Notes: generated by a model from the letters alone, not told the origin. Counted from the first letter of the stretch, positions 27,967 to 38,972 are shown. The stretch: 64,000 bases of DNA from an uncultured delta proteobacterium (GCA_963850305.1 CAWKKR010000011.1:160001-224000); one strand, 5' to 3'. Numbers and translations are program-made.

Positions 27967-30231
27967 CTACAGCATATTGACCGGGTCCACGTCGATGACG
28001 ACCCGCGTGCGCCGGTCGGGAGCCGTCCCCGCGATCGCGGCCAGGACGCGGCGAAGGGAGGGCCGCGATGCCGACCGGACGAGAAAGCGGAACCGATAAC
28101 GGCTCCTGAGACGGGCGAGCGGAGCGGGGGCCGGGCCGACGAGATCGACGTCTCGGGGGGCGACTCGCCGTCCTACCGACGACAAGCGGTCCGCCTCGTC
28201 TCTTGCGACGTGCTCATCGAGAGCATCGACGCGAACGAGCGCGATGCGGGAAAATGGGGGATAGCGGAGTTCGCGGCGCTCCTCGAGCTCGTGGTTCACG
28301 AACCCCGCGACGTCGTGAGAAACGGCCATCGCGATGGCCGGATGATCCGGGTTTCGCGTCTGAACGACGACATACCCCGGTGCGTCGCTCCGCCCCGCGC
28401 GGCCCGCGACCTGTACGAGCAGTTGAAACGTCCGTTCGGACGCCTGAAAATCGGGGATCGACAGGGCTGCGTCCGCGTTCAGCACTCCGACGAGCGTGAC
28501 CGCGGGCAGGTCGTGCCCCTTCGTCACCATCTGGGTGCCGACGAGCACGTCGATCTCGCGACGCCGCATCCGATCGAGGACAGCCTCGCTCTTCAAGCCG
28601 GCGGCGACGTCACGGTCGAGTCGCGCGACGCGCGCCGCAGGGAACAAAGTCTGCAGCACCGCCTCGATGCGTTCCGTTCCCGCGCCTTCCTGGCCCAATC
28701 GAAGCGCATGGCAGCCCGGACACTTTTGCGGCAGGGGCGCGTGATAGTCGCAGTAATGACACATCACCCGGTCGCCCCGCGCCCGGTGGAGCGTCAGAGC
28801 CACGGCGCAGTTCGGGCACTCCAGCAGCTTTCCGCACTCATCGCAGATCACGCTCGGAGAAAATCCGCGACGGTTCAAGAACAAGATCGCCTGTTCGCGC
28901 GCGGCCAGGGTACGCTCGAGCGCACGCTGGAGGGGAACGCTGATCAGCTTGTCCCCCGTGGGGTTCGCACCGACGCGACGCAGATCGACGACCTCGACCT
29001 TCGGGAGAACCGCGGCGCGATGAGCGCGCGCAGGCAAGCAGAGGCGTTCGAGCTTGCCCGCGCGCACGAGGGCCTCGCTCGCGACGGAGGGCGTGGCCGA
29101 GCCGAGCACGGCGACGGCCTTCGCGCGGTGAGCTCGAAGAAGCGCCATGTCTCGAGCGTGGTATCGCACCCCTTCCTCCTGCTTGAACGAACCGTCGTGC
29201 TCCTCGTCCACGCAGATCAGCGCCAGCCGCTGGACGGGAGCGAAGAGGGCCGACCGCGCTCCGACGGCCACCGACAGCGTCCCGGCGCGGAGCGCGGCCC
29301 ACATCGCGTGCCGCTCGCGATCGGTGAGGCCGCTGTGGAGAACGGCGATCGTGTCGCCGAGTCGCGCGCGAAACCGTTGAACGAGCTGCGGCGTGAGCGC
29401 GATCTCCGGGACTAGCACGATCGCGCCGCTCCCACGCTCGAGCGCGCGCGCGACGCCGTGTAGGTACACCTCGGTCTTCCCCGACGCCGTAACGCCATCG
29501 AGAAGGAATGAGCCCGCCACGCCTTCGTCGATCTTGCCTCCGATTGCGGCGACGGCTCGTTGCTGCGCTTCGTTCAGGAGGGGCGCCACGTCGCGCTCGA
29601 CGGGCACGGCGAAAAACGGATCGACCACGGCCGGCCGTCGCTCGATCTTGACGAGCCCCAGCTGCTCCAGCTTTTTCACGGCAGCACGTGCGCTACCGAT
29701 GTTTCGTGCGAGCTCGGCGACGGGCTGCGGGGCTTCCGCCAGCGCGGCCAGGACCTCTCGGGAGCGCGCCGGCAACTTCTCCGGGATGACAGCACCCGGA
29801 ACCAGCTCCGCGACGAGGACGAACTTGCCCACCGTTTGAGCGCCCGCTTCGTCGAGCAACGCGAGCGTGGCGCCATCGGAAACGGCGCTCCGCTCCACGA
29901 CGGGAAGCGCGAGCCGCATCACTTCGCCGATCGGCGCGAGGTAGTATCCCGCGAGCTCGACGAGAAACGCGAGAAGCTCGGGAGCAAGAACGGGAGTGTC
30001 ATCGACGATGGCGCCGATGGGCTTCAGCTTGTGCTCGGCGACGCCGGGCGCGCCTTCCTCGACGGACAGGACGACTCCGAGGATCCGCCGTCGCCCGAAC
30101 TCGCAGAGGACGCGCACACCGGGCTCGATCCGGGAGGCGAGCGAGTCCGGAACGGAGTACGAAAAGGCCTGGCCGAGCGGAACCGGAACCGCGACTCTCG
30201 CGTGCAAGGTCACCGTATCACCACGATCCAT
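27967..30231 (-). CDS. priA: Primosomal protein N' (replication restart helicase)
   Basis: GVTASGKTEVY, LVPEIALTPQ, VDEEH, SATPS, Zn fingers, GTQMVTKGHD, QVAGRAGR. Confidence 0.97.
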   Translation of the reverse strand: MDRGDTVTLHARVAVPVPLGQAFSYSVPDSLASRIEPGVRVLCEFGRRRILGVVLSVEEGAPGVAEHKLKPIGAIVDDTPVLAPELLAFLVELAGYYLAPIGEVMRLALPVVERSAVSDGATLALLDEAGAQTVGKFVLVAELVPGAVIPEKLPARSREVLAALAEAPQPVAELARNIGSARAAVKKLEQLGLVKIERRPAVVDPFFAVPVERDVAPLLNEAQQRAVAAIGGKIDEGVAGSFLLDGVTASGKTEVYLHGVARALERGSGAIVLVPEIALTPQLVQRFRARLGDTIAVLHSGLTDRERHAMWAALRAGTLSVAVGARSALFAPVQRLALICVDEEHDGSFKQEEGVRYHARDMALLRAHRAKAVAVLGSATPSVASEALVRAGKLERLCLPARAHRAAVLPKVEVVDLRRVGANPTGDKLISVPLQRALERTLAAREQAILFLNRRGFSPSVICDECGKLLECPNCAVALTLHRARGDRVMCHYCDYHAPLPQKCPGCHALRLGQEGAGTERIEAVLQTLFPAARVARLDRDVAAGLKSEAVLDRMRRREIDVLVGTQMVTKGHDLPAVTLVGVLNADAALSIPDFQASERTFQLLVQVAGRAGRSDAPGYVVVQTRNPDHPAIAMAVSHDVAGFVNHELEERRELRYPPFSRIALVRVDALDEHVARDEADRLSSVGRRVAPRDVDLVGPAPAPLARLRSRYRFRFLVRSASRPSLRRVLAAIAGTAPDRRTRVVIDVDPVNML

Positions 30232-30282
30232 GCACGTGCCCGCTCGTCGAGCCCGGCCGATGAGAACGATCCACCGTGCCGG

Positions 30283-31545
30283 TCACCGTCGTCCGAAGAA
30301 GAAGCCCGCGATCCCGAACAGCAACACGACGACGACCCAGATCAGGATCGCCCGTGGGCCGCGCGGTCGCGGCGCCTCGAGCTCCGCCGGGACTTCGTCC
30401 GGAAAGGCTTCGGGGGGCAGCCTGCGTCCGTCCTCCGGATCGGGCATCGTCGGGATCTCGTTGCGCGGGTGCGTCGGGTTTTCATTGCCGGCACCCCCCG
30501 TGGGCGCCGGGAACGAGCCCTGACGCCCGCTGCCCTCGTCGAGCTCCTTCGCGCTTCGCTCGCGTTCGCGACGTCGTTCGACGATCTCGGTCCCGAAATT
30601 CTCCATCAGCCAATCGCCGAATCGGAGCGAACTCGCGACGAGACCGTTGTCGGCGACGTAGCGCTCGAGCTCGTCGAGCATGGCGGGCGCCGACGCGTAT
30701 CGGGCGCTGGGTTCCTGGGAGAGCGCGGTGCGAACGATGCCGTGCAGTCGCTCCTCGTCGGGATAGCCACGCGCGGGAAGGGGCGGAACGACCGCCCTGC
30801 GTGCTTGCTCGAGCGGCGAGAGCCGTCCCGAACCCGAGCGATAGAGGCGCTGGCCCGCGAGTAACTCCCAGAGCAAGATGCCCGCTGCAAACAGATCCGA
30901 GCGCGCATCCACCACGTCCCCGCGGGCCGCTTCCGGACTCATGTAGCCCGCTTTCCCCTGAATCGCTTCGTCCGGCAGGGCGTCGGACGTCGTGAGGACA
31001 CGCGCGATCCCGAAGTCGCAGAGCTTCACCTCACCCTCGACGGACAGGAGGACGTTCGAAGGCGAGACGTCCCGGTGCACGATGCCGAGCGCACGGCCGT
31101 GGTCGTCCCGCTTCCGGTGCGCGTAGTCGAGCGCTCGTAGCGTCTCCGCGACGACGTAGAGCGAGAAATGGACGGGAAGCGGGATCTTCTTCTGAGAGCA
31201 GGCGCGAAGCAGATCTCGAAGATCGAGACCTTCCACGTACTCCATCGCGATGTAGAGGCGATCCTGTTCGCGTCCGAGGTCCGCGACCTGCACGATATTC
31301 TTGTGCGAGAGCGTCGCGCATAGTTTTGCCTCGTCGATGAGGAGCCGGCTCATCTCCTCGCTCGAGGCGAGGAGCGGCAGGATCTCCTTGACGACGACGA
31401 GCCGATCTCCGCCAAGCCCCGTCTTTTCGCGCGCGAGGAAGATGCGGGCCATCCCGCCCTCGCCGATCTTGTCGAAGAGCACGTAGCGACCAAAGCGACG
31501 CGGCAGCGCGTCATCCGTCTCTTCCGCGGCCGCGAGCCCGGTCAT
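30283..31545 (-). CDS. Ser/Thr protein kinase with C-terminal TM anchor
   Basis: GEGGMA, VVKE, HRDVSPSN, DFG, GKAGYMSPE. Confidence 0.93.
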   Translation of the reverse strand: MTGLAAAEETDDALPRRFGRYVLFDKIGEGGMARIFLAREKTGLGGDRLVVVKEILPLLASSEEMSRLLIDEAKLCATLSHKNIVQVADLGREQDRLYIAMEYVEGLDLRDLLRACSQKKIPLPVHFSLYVVAETLRALDYAHRKRDDHGRALGIVHRDVSPSNVLLSVEGEVKLCDFGIARVLTTSDALPDEAIQGKAGYMSPEAARGDVVDARSDLFAAGILLWELLAGQRLYRSGSGRLSPLEQARRAVVPPLPARGYPDEERLHGIVRTALSQEPSARYASAPAMLDELERYVADNGLVASSLRFGDWLMENFGTEIVERRRERERSAKELDEGSGRQGSFPAPTGGAGNENPTHPRNEIPTMPDPEDGRRLPPEAFPDEVPAELEAPRPRGPRAILIWVVVVLLFGIAGFFFGRR

Positions 31546-31548
31546 GGT

Positions 31549-32829
31549 TCACCCGATCGGCGGAGGGAGCGACGGGCTCGAAGGAGTCGACGGCGGGCCT
31601 TTCGCCGCGCTACCCCCCCCGAGGCCGAAGCCGTCGTGAAGCGCGCGCACCGCGAGCTCCGTGTATTTCGCCGCGATGATGCAGCTGATGCGGATCTCGC
31701 TCGTGCTGATGCCACGGATGTTGATGCCCTCTCCCGCCAGCAGCGCGAACATCCTGGCAGCGACTCCGGCGTGCGAGCGCATTCCCAGGCCAACGATCGA
31801 GACCTTGACGATCTCCGGGTCGTACTCGACCCGCGCGGCACCGACGCCCTTGGCTTGTTGTTCGATGAGTGAGCGGACGCGTGCCAGATCCGTCTTCGGC
31901 ACGGTGAAGGTGACGTCCGTCGAGTCCCGGTCGCCGCCGGACGGGCTCTGGATGATCATGTCGACCGAGACGTTCTCTCTCGCCAGCGCGCCGAAGAGCG
32001 CCGCGACCGCCCCGGGCCGATCCGGCACCGCGATGAGCTGCACCTTCGCCTCGTTCTTGTCGTAAGCGACGCCTGCCACGGTGACCGCTTCGAGGCCTTC
32101 TTCTCCCGTAACGAGAGTGCCGGGCTTGTCATTGAACGACGAACGCACGTGAATCGGCACATTGTACTTCATCCCAACCTCCACCGAGCGGATCTGGAGC
32201 ACTTTCGCGCCGAGAGACGCTAATTCCAGCATTTCCTCGAAGCTGATTCGATCGATCTTCCGTGCGGAAGGGCAGATGTTCGGGTCCGTCGTGTAAACGC
32301 CGTCGACGTCCGTGTAGATCTCGCAGACGTCCGCACCGACCGCCGCCGCGACGGCGACCCCCGTCGTGTCCGAACCGCCGCGGCCGAGCGTCGTGATGTT
32401 GCCCTCGGCGTCGACGCCCTGAAAGCCGGCGATGACGGCTATTCTGCCGGCGCGCACCGTCGCCAGGATCCGCGCACCCTCGATGGCGAGAATGCGCGCC
32501 TTCGTGAACGCTTCGTCCGTGTGAATGCGCACCTGGTGCCCGAGGAGGCTCTGGGCTTGGCCGCCGAGGGCCTGGACCGTCATCGTCACGAGCGCCGCGC
32601 TGACCTGCTCCCCCGTCGCCGCGAGCGCGTCGAGCTCACGCCGATCGGGCGCCTCGGAAATCTGGTGAGCGAGGCCGAGCAGGCGGTTCGTCTCCCCCGA
32701 CATCGCACTGACGATCAGGACAACCTGGTTGCCGGCCCGCTGGGTGGCAAGGGCGCGCTCGGCGACGCTCCGCATTCGCTCGAGCGACCCGACCGACGTG
32801 CCGCCGTACTTCTGAACGATGAGTGCCAC
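31549..32829 (-). CDS. lysC: Aspartate kinase
   Basis: IVQKYGGTSV, TTLGRGGSD, YTDVDGVYTTDP, two ACT domains. Confidence 0.96.
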   Translation of the reverse strand: MALIVQKYGGTSVGSLERMRSVAERALATQRAGNQVVLIVSAMSGETNRLLGLAHQISEAPDRRELDALAATGEQVSAALVTMTVQALGGQAQSLLGHQVRIHTDEAFTKARILAIEGARILATVRAGRIAVIAGFQGVDAEGNITTLGRGGSDTTGVAVAAAVGADVCEIYTDVDGVYTTDPNICPSARKIDRISFEEMLELASLGAKVLQIRSVEVGMKYNVPIHVRSSFNDKPGTLVTGEEGLEAVTVAGVAYDKNEAKVQLIAVPDRPGAVAALFGALARENVSVDMIIQSPSGGDRDSTDVTFTVPKTDLARVRSLIEQQAKGVGAARVEYDPEIVKVSIVGLGMRSHAGVAARMFALLAGEGINIRGISTSEIRISCIIAAKYTELAVRALHDGFGLGGGSAAKGPPSTPSSPSLPPPIG

Positions 32830-33051
32830 CGGAACGGTGGCGGGTAGCCCCGCGCCCGCCACGAGTCAATCCTCCCCCAATCGCAGCCGATCGCCCACGG
32901 AGCTGGATCGCTTCCGTCGTCGATCGAACGCGTCCAATGCTCGAAGGGACGCCTCGATTTCCTGTGACTCTCGCGTCCGCGGCGCTTCGTCCCGCACTGA
33001 AGTTTCCGCACCCCGACGGCTTTGTCCTAGAGTCGCGCCGGGTCGACGGCG

Positions 33052-33327
33052 GTGGTCTCTTATTTGATCCAGACGGGCGTGACTTTGGCGGGCGTCATGG
33101 CGCTCGCGGTCGTTCTCCTTTACGGCGCACGGCGTGCCGGCGTGGGGCGGCCATCGGGACCCGCCGAGCTCGTCGGGAGATTGCCGCTCGACGGCCGGCG
33201 AGCGGTGTACCTGCTGCGCATCGGAACGACCATCTACGTGGTCGGATCGAGCGAAGCTGGACTCGTGAAGCTCGGCGAGATGCCACAGGACACGGTCTTC
33301 GTCCCCGATCGTCACGAGGCCGGATGA
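33052..33327 (+). CDS. fliO: FliO-like export accessory protein
   Basis: N-terminal TM helix followed by ELVGRLPLDGRRAVYLLRIG..YVVGSSEAG..KLGE. Confidence 0.75.
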   Translation: MVSYLIQTGVTLAGVMALAVVLLYGARRAGVGRPSGPAELVGRLPLDGRRAVYLLRIGTTIYVVGSSEAGLVKLGEMPQDTVFVPDRHEAG

Positions 33328-34040
33328 CGGCCGGCCTGATCGCCCTGGCGACAGCCCCGGCCGCGCCGGTCACGACGCCCGAGGATCTGTTGAACCGGCC
33401 CCTCGCGCTGGTGATCGCTCTCGCGATCGTCGGGCTTCTGCCGTTCCTCTTCATGACGCTGACGTCGTTCGTGAAGATTTCCACGGTGCTCCACATCGCC
33501 CGGAGCGCCATCGGCGCGCCCGAAGTGCCGTCGAGCACGGTCGTCACGGCACTCGCCGCCGCACTCACGCTGCTCGCGATGGCGCCCGTGACGACCCGCA
33601 TCGCGGACCGGGTCACGCCTCTCCTCGAACCGGCCGCGGCTGAAGCGCCGGCCGCGTGGGTGCGTGACGCGGTCGTGGCGGTGCGTGAACCTTTGCGTGG
33701 CTTCCTGTCGGCCAACGCGTCCGAGAAGCAGAAGGCCCGATTCTTCGAGCTCTCGAAGAAGGTGTCCGGACCCCACGACGGCGTTGGACGCGACGACATG
33801 GCCGTCGTCGTTCCGGCGTTCCTGGTCACCGAGCTGGTCGAGGCCTTCGCTCTCGGTTTTGCCATCTACCTGCCGTTCTTGGTGGTTGACCTGGTGGTGG
33901 CCAACGTTCTCATGGCGCTCGGCATGCAGTCCCTCAGCCCGACGCAGGTGAGCCTGCCCTTCAAGCTCCTCTTGTTCGTCGCGGCCGACGGCTGGGGGCT
34001 CCTCGCGCGGGCGCTCGTGAGCGGATATCGACCGGGCTGA
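33324..34040 (+). CDS. fliP: Type III export gate protein FliP/SctR (EscR/YscR family)
   Basis: TSFVKISTVL..ARSAIG, VPAFLVTEL.EAF..GF.IYLPFLVVDLVVANVLMALGM, SLPFKLLLFV..DGW. Confidence 0.9.
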   Translation: MTAGLIALATAPAAPVTTPEDLLNRPLALVIALAIVGLLPFLFMTLTSFVKISTVLHIARSAIGAPEVPSSTVVTALAAALTLLAMAPVTTRIADRVTPLLEPAAAEAPAAWVRDAVVAVREPLRGFLSANASEKQKARFFELSKKVSGPHDGVGRDDMAVVVPAFLVTELVEAFALGFAIYLPFLVVDLVVANVLMALGMQSLSPTQVSLPFKLLLFVAADGWGLLARALVSGYRPG

Positions 34041-34243
34041 GGAAAATTCTCACGACCGACGGGAATACTCGGGCCACTCGCGGGTTTTCGCCTCGCGGGA
34101 TGTGGTTGCCCGCCGCGCCCATACGTAAAACGAGGGCGATCGAAGGATCGGTTGTTGACTCTGATCGCGCTATCGCTACCATGCCGCGCCCGCTGGCGGG
34201 TGACGGGCCACAACGGCCCATTTGGAGAGGTGATCGAACGGCC

Positions 34244-35314
34244 ATGACGGACGTGATGATCCAAGCAACGGGACTGACGAAGAATTTCGGACACGTCCGC
34301 GCGCTCGACAACGTGAATTTCGAGGTGCGAAAGGGAGAGGTCGTCGGTTTTCTCGGGCCGAACGGGGCCGGGAAAAGCACGACGATGCGCATCCTCACGT
34401 GCTTCATCTCCCCGACGAGCGGGTCGGCGACGGTGCACGGGCACGACGTCTTCGACGATCCGCTCGCCGTCCGGCAAACGCTCGGGTACCTGCCGCAGCG
34501 CGCGCCGCTCTACACGGACATGAACGTCTGGGAGTACCTGGAGTTCGCGTCGCAGATCCGGGGGCTCGACGAGAGCACCTTCAAGACTCGCCTGAAGCGG
34601 GTCGTCGAGGTGTGCGGCCTCGCGCAGGTGCTCGGGAAGGACATCGGCACGCTCTCGCACGGCTACCGCCAGCGCGTCGGGCTCGGGCAGGCGCTGATCC
34701 ACGACCCGCCGATTCTCATCCTCGACGAGCCGACGAGCGACCTCGATCCGAACGAGAAGGCCGAGGTCATCAAGTACATCAAGGAGATCGGCAAGGATCG
34801 CACGATCCTCCTCTCGACCCACAATCTCGCGGAGGTGGAAGACGCGTGCGCCCGCGCGATCATCGTGAGCAAGGGCCGCGTCGTCGCCGACGGACCGCTC
34901 GACGAGATCCGCGGGAAGACAGGCACGATCCGCTACTTCGTCACCGTCGACGAGCAGGGCGCGGAGGCAGGGCACACCGCGCCGAAAAGAGCGGAGCTCG
35001 AAGAAGCGCTCCGCGGACTCAAGGGCGGCGATCGGATTCGAGAGCTTCCCACGGACGAGAAGGCGCACAAGTTCGAGCTGTCGGGCCCGCAGACGTCGGA
35101 CCTTCGCGCCGAGATCTTCCGGATGGTCGTGCAGAAAGGCTGGACGCTCCTCGAGCTGCGCCGCGACGCGCAGAGCCTGGACGCGGTCTTCCGGGATCTC
35201 ACCCGCGGGGACGAAAAGCTCGACCGCGGACAGGACTGGGACGAAGACGAAGACGACGACGAAGACGATGACGACGGGGACGAAGAGGGCGAAACGGAGA
35301 GCGAAGCATCATGA
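34244..35314 (+). CDS. ABC transporter ATP-binding protein (GldA-like)
   Basis: GPNGAGKST, LSHGYRQRVG, ILDEP, STH; acidic C-terminal tail; GGAGAGG RBS. Confidence 0.9.
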   Translation: MTDVMIQATGLTKNFGHVRALDNVNFEVRKGEVVGFLGPNGAGKSTTMRILTCFISPTSGSATVHGHDVFDDPLAVRQTLGYLPQRAPLYTDMNVWEYLEFASQIRGLDESTFKTRLKRVVEVCGLAQVLGKDIGTLSHGYRQRVGLGQALIHDPPILILDEPTSDLDPNEKAEVIKYIKEIGKDRTILLSTHNLAEVEDACARAIIVSKGRVVADGPLDEIRGKTGTIRYFVTVDEQGAEAGHTAPKRAELEEALRGLKGGDRIRELPTDEKAHKFELSGPQTSDLRAEIFRMVVQKGWTLLELRRDAQSLDAVFRDLTRGDEKLDRGQDWDEDEDDDEDDDDGDEEGETESEAS

Positions 35315-36048
35315 GCAGTCCGATGATGACGATTGCGCGGCGGGAGTTCCGGTCGAACTTCGACTCCCCGCTCGCGTACGTGGTGATCTGCCTGAGCTTT
35401 CTCGGCCTCGGGCTCTTCTTCTTTCTCTATCACGGCGGGTTCTGGCAGCTCGACAAGGCGAGCGTTCAGGGCCTCTTCGAGTACGCGCCCATCGGGCTCT
35501 CGCTGCTCGTCGTGCCCGTGGTGACGATGCGGCTCCTCGCCGAGGAGAAGCGTACGGGCACTCTCGAGATGCTCATCACGCTCCCGGTCAGGGACAGCGA
35601 CGTGATCCTGGGCAAGTACTTCGGCGCCCTCGGGCTCGTGCTGACGCTCGTCACGGCGACGCTCGTGTACCCGATCGCGATGTTCAAGTTCCCGTGGAAC
35701 CTCGGACCGCTCGACTGGGGTCCGGTGATATCCGGCTACCTCGGCCTCGTGCTCTTCAGCGCGGCGACCGTCGCGATCGGTCTTCTCGTCACGGCGCTGA
35801 CGGAGAGCCAGGTGATCGCGTTCTTCATCACCTTCTTCGTGCTGATGGCGCTGTGGTTCCTCGCCGACGTGGCGAGCTTCCTGCAGGGGACGGTCGGTGA
35901 CGTTCTCCAGTACCTGAGCTTCCAGACACGGCTCGACGGCTTCACTCGGGGCCTCGTCGACAGCCGTGACGTGGTGTTTTTCCTGAGCGTGACGGTGGTC
36001 GCCCTCGCGGTGGCGTTCCGCGCGCTCGAGCGCCGAAAGTGGGCCTGA
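35311..36048 (+). CDS. ABC-2 permease (GldF-like)
   Basis: RREFRSNFDSPLAY, TMRLLAEEKRTGTLEML.TLP, GKYF. Confidence 0.88.
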   Translation: MSSPMMTIARREFRSNFDSPLAYVVICLSFLGLGLFFFLYHGGFWQLDKASVQGLFEYAPIGLSLLVVPVVTMRLLAEEKRTGTLEMLITLPVRDSDVILGKYFGALGLVLTLVTATLVYPIAMFKFPWNLGPLDWGPVISGYLGLVLFSAATVAIGLLVTALTESQVIAFFITFFVLMALWFLADVASFLQGTVGDVLQYLSFQTRLDGFTRGLVDSRDVVFFLSVTVVALAVAFRALERRKWA

Positions 36049-36049
36049 G

Positions 36050-37892
36050 ATGGCGACCGAGCAACAGAGGCGCAAAGCTAGCCGCTCAGACCGGGTCGTA
36101 CCTGGTCGTCATCGCGGCGATCGCGATCCTCGCGAACATCCTGTCGGCGGGCGCGTACCGGCGCATGGACGTGACGCGGAACGAGCGCTACACGCTGTCG
36201 CAAGGCAGCGGAAGGCTCCTCCAGAGCCTCAAGAGTCCCGTCCAGGTCGACGCGTACGTCACCCACGGGCTAGCGCAGATGGATGCGTTCATCCGCGATC
36301 TGACCGATCTCCTGAAGGAGTACGAGCGCGCCGGACACGGCAAGTTCAAGTACACCATCATCGAGCCGAAGACGGACGAGCTGCGGCAGAAGGCAAAGGA
36401 CGCCGGGCTCGAGGAGATGGCGTTCGGCGAGGCGAGTGCGACCGGCAGCGACCAGGCATCGATCAGCCAGGGCTACATGGGGCTCGTCTTCAAGTACGGG
36501 AGCGAGAAGGGCGTCATTCCGCAACTGAACCCGGGCACGGCGTCGGGCCTCGAGTTCTGGATGACGAACAAGATCCGGGAAATCCGCGACAAGGCCGACG
36601 ACATCAAGCACAAGATCGGCGTCGTCACGGGCAAGGACGAGCTCAAGCTCAGCGACCAGAACCTCGTTCCCAAGCAGGGCCAGGGGGGCGCGAGCATCCA
36701 GAGCATCCTGGAGCGCGCGTTTCCGTTCTACAAGCTGGTCGACGTCGATCTGAAGAACGGCGACGCCGAAATCGACAAGAGCCTCGACGGGCTCATCATC
36801 ACGCAACCCCAAAAGGCGTACACGGACAAGGAACTCCGACGCGTCGATCAGTTCGTGATGCTGGGAAACAAGTCGCTCGCCGTGTTCGCGTCCGCCGTGA
36901 CGCTGAAGCCGCAGGACCCGTCGATGAGCGCGACGCTGGATCTGCACAATCTGGACAAGCTTCTGTCTGGCTACGGCATCAACATGAAGAAGGATGCGGT
37001 GCTCGACTTCGGGTCCCAGTTCCGCATCGGCGTGATTACGCCGACGGGTGGGATCGCACCGATCCGTCATCCAGGCATCGCACACGTCGTCGATGACCCG
37101 CGCTTCGAGGGCAAGGACAAGCTCCTCGACACGAGCTTTGCCGGCTTCTTCCGCATGGAGGAGATCATGTTCCCGTTCCCCTCGACGCTCGAGCTCTCGC
37201 CGGACAAGCAACCGAAGGCGAAGCTCTACGCCGTGGCGCGAACGACGCCGGCGGCGAGCGCCCTCACGGACGGCACCATCGACATGAAGATGCGCCCCGA
37301 CTGGCAGCCGAAGCCACCATTCGACCAGCGCATCATCGCGGCCGTCGCGGAGGGCAAGCTGAAGAGCGCGTTTGCAGGGTCGCCCGACGACGGCGTGAAA
37401 GCCAACGCGGAAACGCCTCAGGACTCGCGCGTGCTCGTCGTCTCGTCGAGCGAGTTTCTGACGAATCCGTTCGCATATTCGGGCAACGGTCCCGATCTCG
37501 GCGCCCAGTTCGCGATGTTCGGCGGAGCCGGTGGTGACCGGGAGCTCCTCATGATCGCCGGCCAGTATGCGAACCGGTACCTGACCAACACCATCCTGAG
37601 CGTGAAGAACACGCTCGACTGGATCAGCGGCGATGCCGATCTGCTTGCGGCGAGCGCCAAGCTCATCAGCGATCCGAACCTGACCTACAATGACGTCGCG
37701 AAACCGAAGATCGCGGCGGACGACGACGACGCTGCGATTCGCCGCAAGGACGACGAATACAAGGCCGCCCGGGGCAAGCTCCAGTCGGGCGTACAGTGGA
37801 CGTTGTCGCTCGGCGTGCCCCTGTTCTTCGCGTTCTTCGGGCTCTTCCGCTGGCGCGGGCGCCAGTCGAAGAAAGACAAGTACCATCTCTGA
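36050..37892 (+). CDS. GldG-like ABC auxiliary protein (apparent +1 frameshift near 36080)
   Basis: MDVTRNERYTLS, DLLKEY, C-terminal TM. ATG 36050 (MATEQQRRKA) joins AAQTGSYLVV on removal of one base. Confidence 0.82.
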
Positions 37893-37910
37893 GATTTTGC
37901 GGAACCGACC

Positions 37911-38972
37911 ATGCCAACCGACAAGAAGCTCATTTTTGCGCTGATCGTTCTGGCCGCGCTCGGCGGGGCGGTCTTCATGCAGCGGCAACGCCAGACCGCG
38001 GACAGTGCGTCGCACAGTCTCGAGGGCGAAGAGAAGACATTGCCGAAGATCACCTTCACCGACGACGACGTGAAGAAGGTCGACAAGGTCGTGATCACGC
38101 GCCCATCGGAGAAGGACTCCGGCGCACCGGAGACCATCGAGCTCGTGAAGAAGGGGGACGAAGCGTGGGATCTCGCAGAGCCTCTCGTCGCGAAGGGGAA
38201 CGCGAACAACGTGAAGTCGATGATCGACGACTTCAAGCGTCTGGAAGTGACGGAGCTCATCGACGCGAGCAAGGACGCCTACGCGAAGTACAAGGTGACC
38301 GACGCGAAGGCCCTACACGTCGTCGCGTACAAGGGTAAGGACGTCGCGCTGGATGCCTACTTCGGCGAGGACGGCTCGCGCGGACAGATGACGCGCCTCG
38401 CCGGCAAGGACGGGGTCTACGCCGTCAAGGGCTACTCGAGCTACCTCTTCAACAAGGGCGCGAAAGACTGGCGCGACAAAACGATCTTCAAGTTCGAAGA
38501 GAAGGACGTCTCGAAGGCCACGCTGGAGGATGAGAACGGCACCTTCACGTTCACGAAGTCCGGAGACGACTGGAAGGCAGAGTTTGCGAAGGACAAGGAA
38601 CCACCGAAGGACATAGAGCGGTTCGACAAGTCCAAGGCCGACAGCTTCGTGCGCGCCTTCCGAACCCTCAGCGCCTCGGACTTCGGCGACAAGAAGACGC
38701 CCGCCGAGACTGGACTCGCGACGCCGAAGGCAACGTTCACCTTCGACATGAAGGATGGCTCGAAGTACGTCCTTCTCGCCGGCGACGTCGATGGTTCGAA
38801 TCGCTGGGCCATGAAGAAGGGCGACGAGCAGATCTTCAGCATCAGCTCGTGGGCGGGGGACTGGGCGACGGCAAACGTCGACAAGTTCCAGAAGTCCGAC
38901 GACAAGAAAGACGACAAGAAAGACGACAAGAAGGACGACAAGGACAAGGCCGGCAAGGCCAAATCCAAGTAG
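37911..38972 (+). CDS. DUF4340-like membrane-anchored protein
   Basis: N-terminal TM; two repeated domains (WDLAEP...; KDWRDKTIF...ETGLATP); DDKK repeats at C-terminus; usual position after gldG. Confidence 0.75.
   Translation: MPTDKKLIFALIVLAALGGAVFMQRQRQTADSASHSLEGEEKTLPKITFTDDDVKKVDKVVITRPSEKDSGAPETIELVKKGDEAWDLAEPLVAKGNANNVKSMIDDFKRLEVTELIDASKDAYAKYKVTDAKALHVVAYKGKDVALDAYFGEDGSRGQMTRLAGKDGVYAVKGYSSYLFNKGAKDWRDKTIFKFEEKDVSKATLEDENGTFTFTKSGDDWKAEFAKDKEPPKDIERFDKSKADSFVRAFRTLSASDFGDKKTPAETGLATPKATFTFDMKDGSKYVLLAGDVDGSNRWAMKKGDEQIFSISSWAGDWATANVDKFQKSDDKKDDKKDDKKDDKDKAGKAKSK

Noticed and set aside
32823..33323. N-terminal extension of FliP (405-aa ORF)
   Set aside because: It overlaps lysC and fliO; ATG 33324 with an ATGA overlap gives a normal-length protein.
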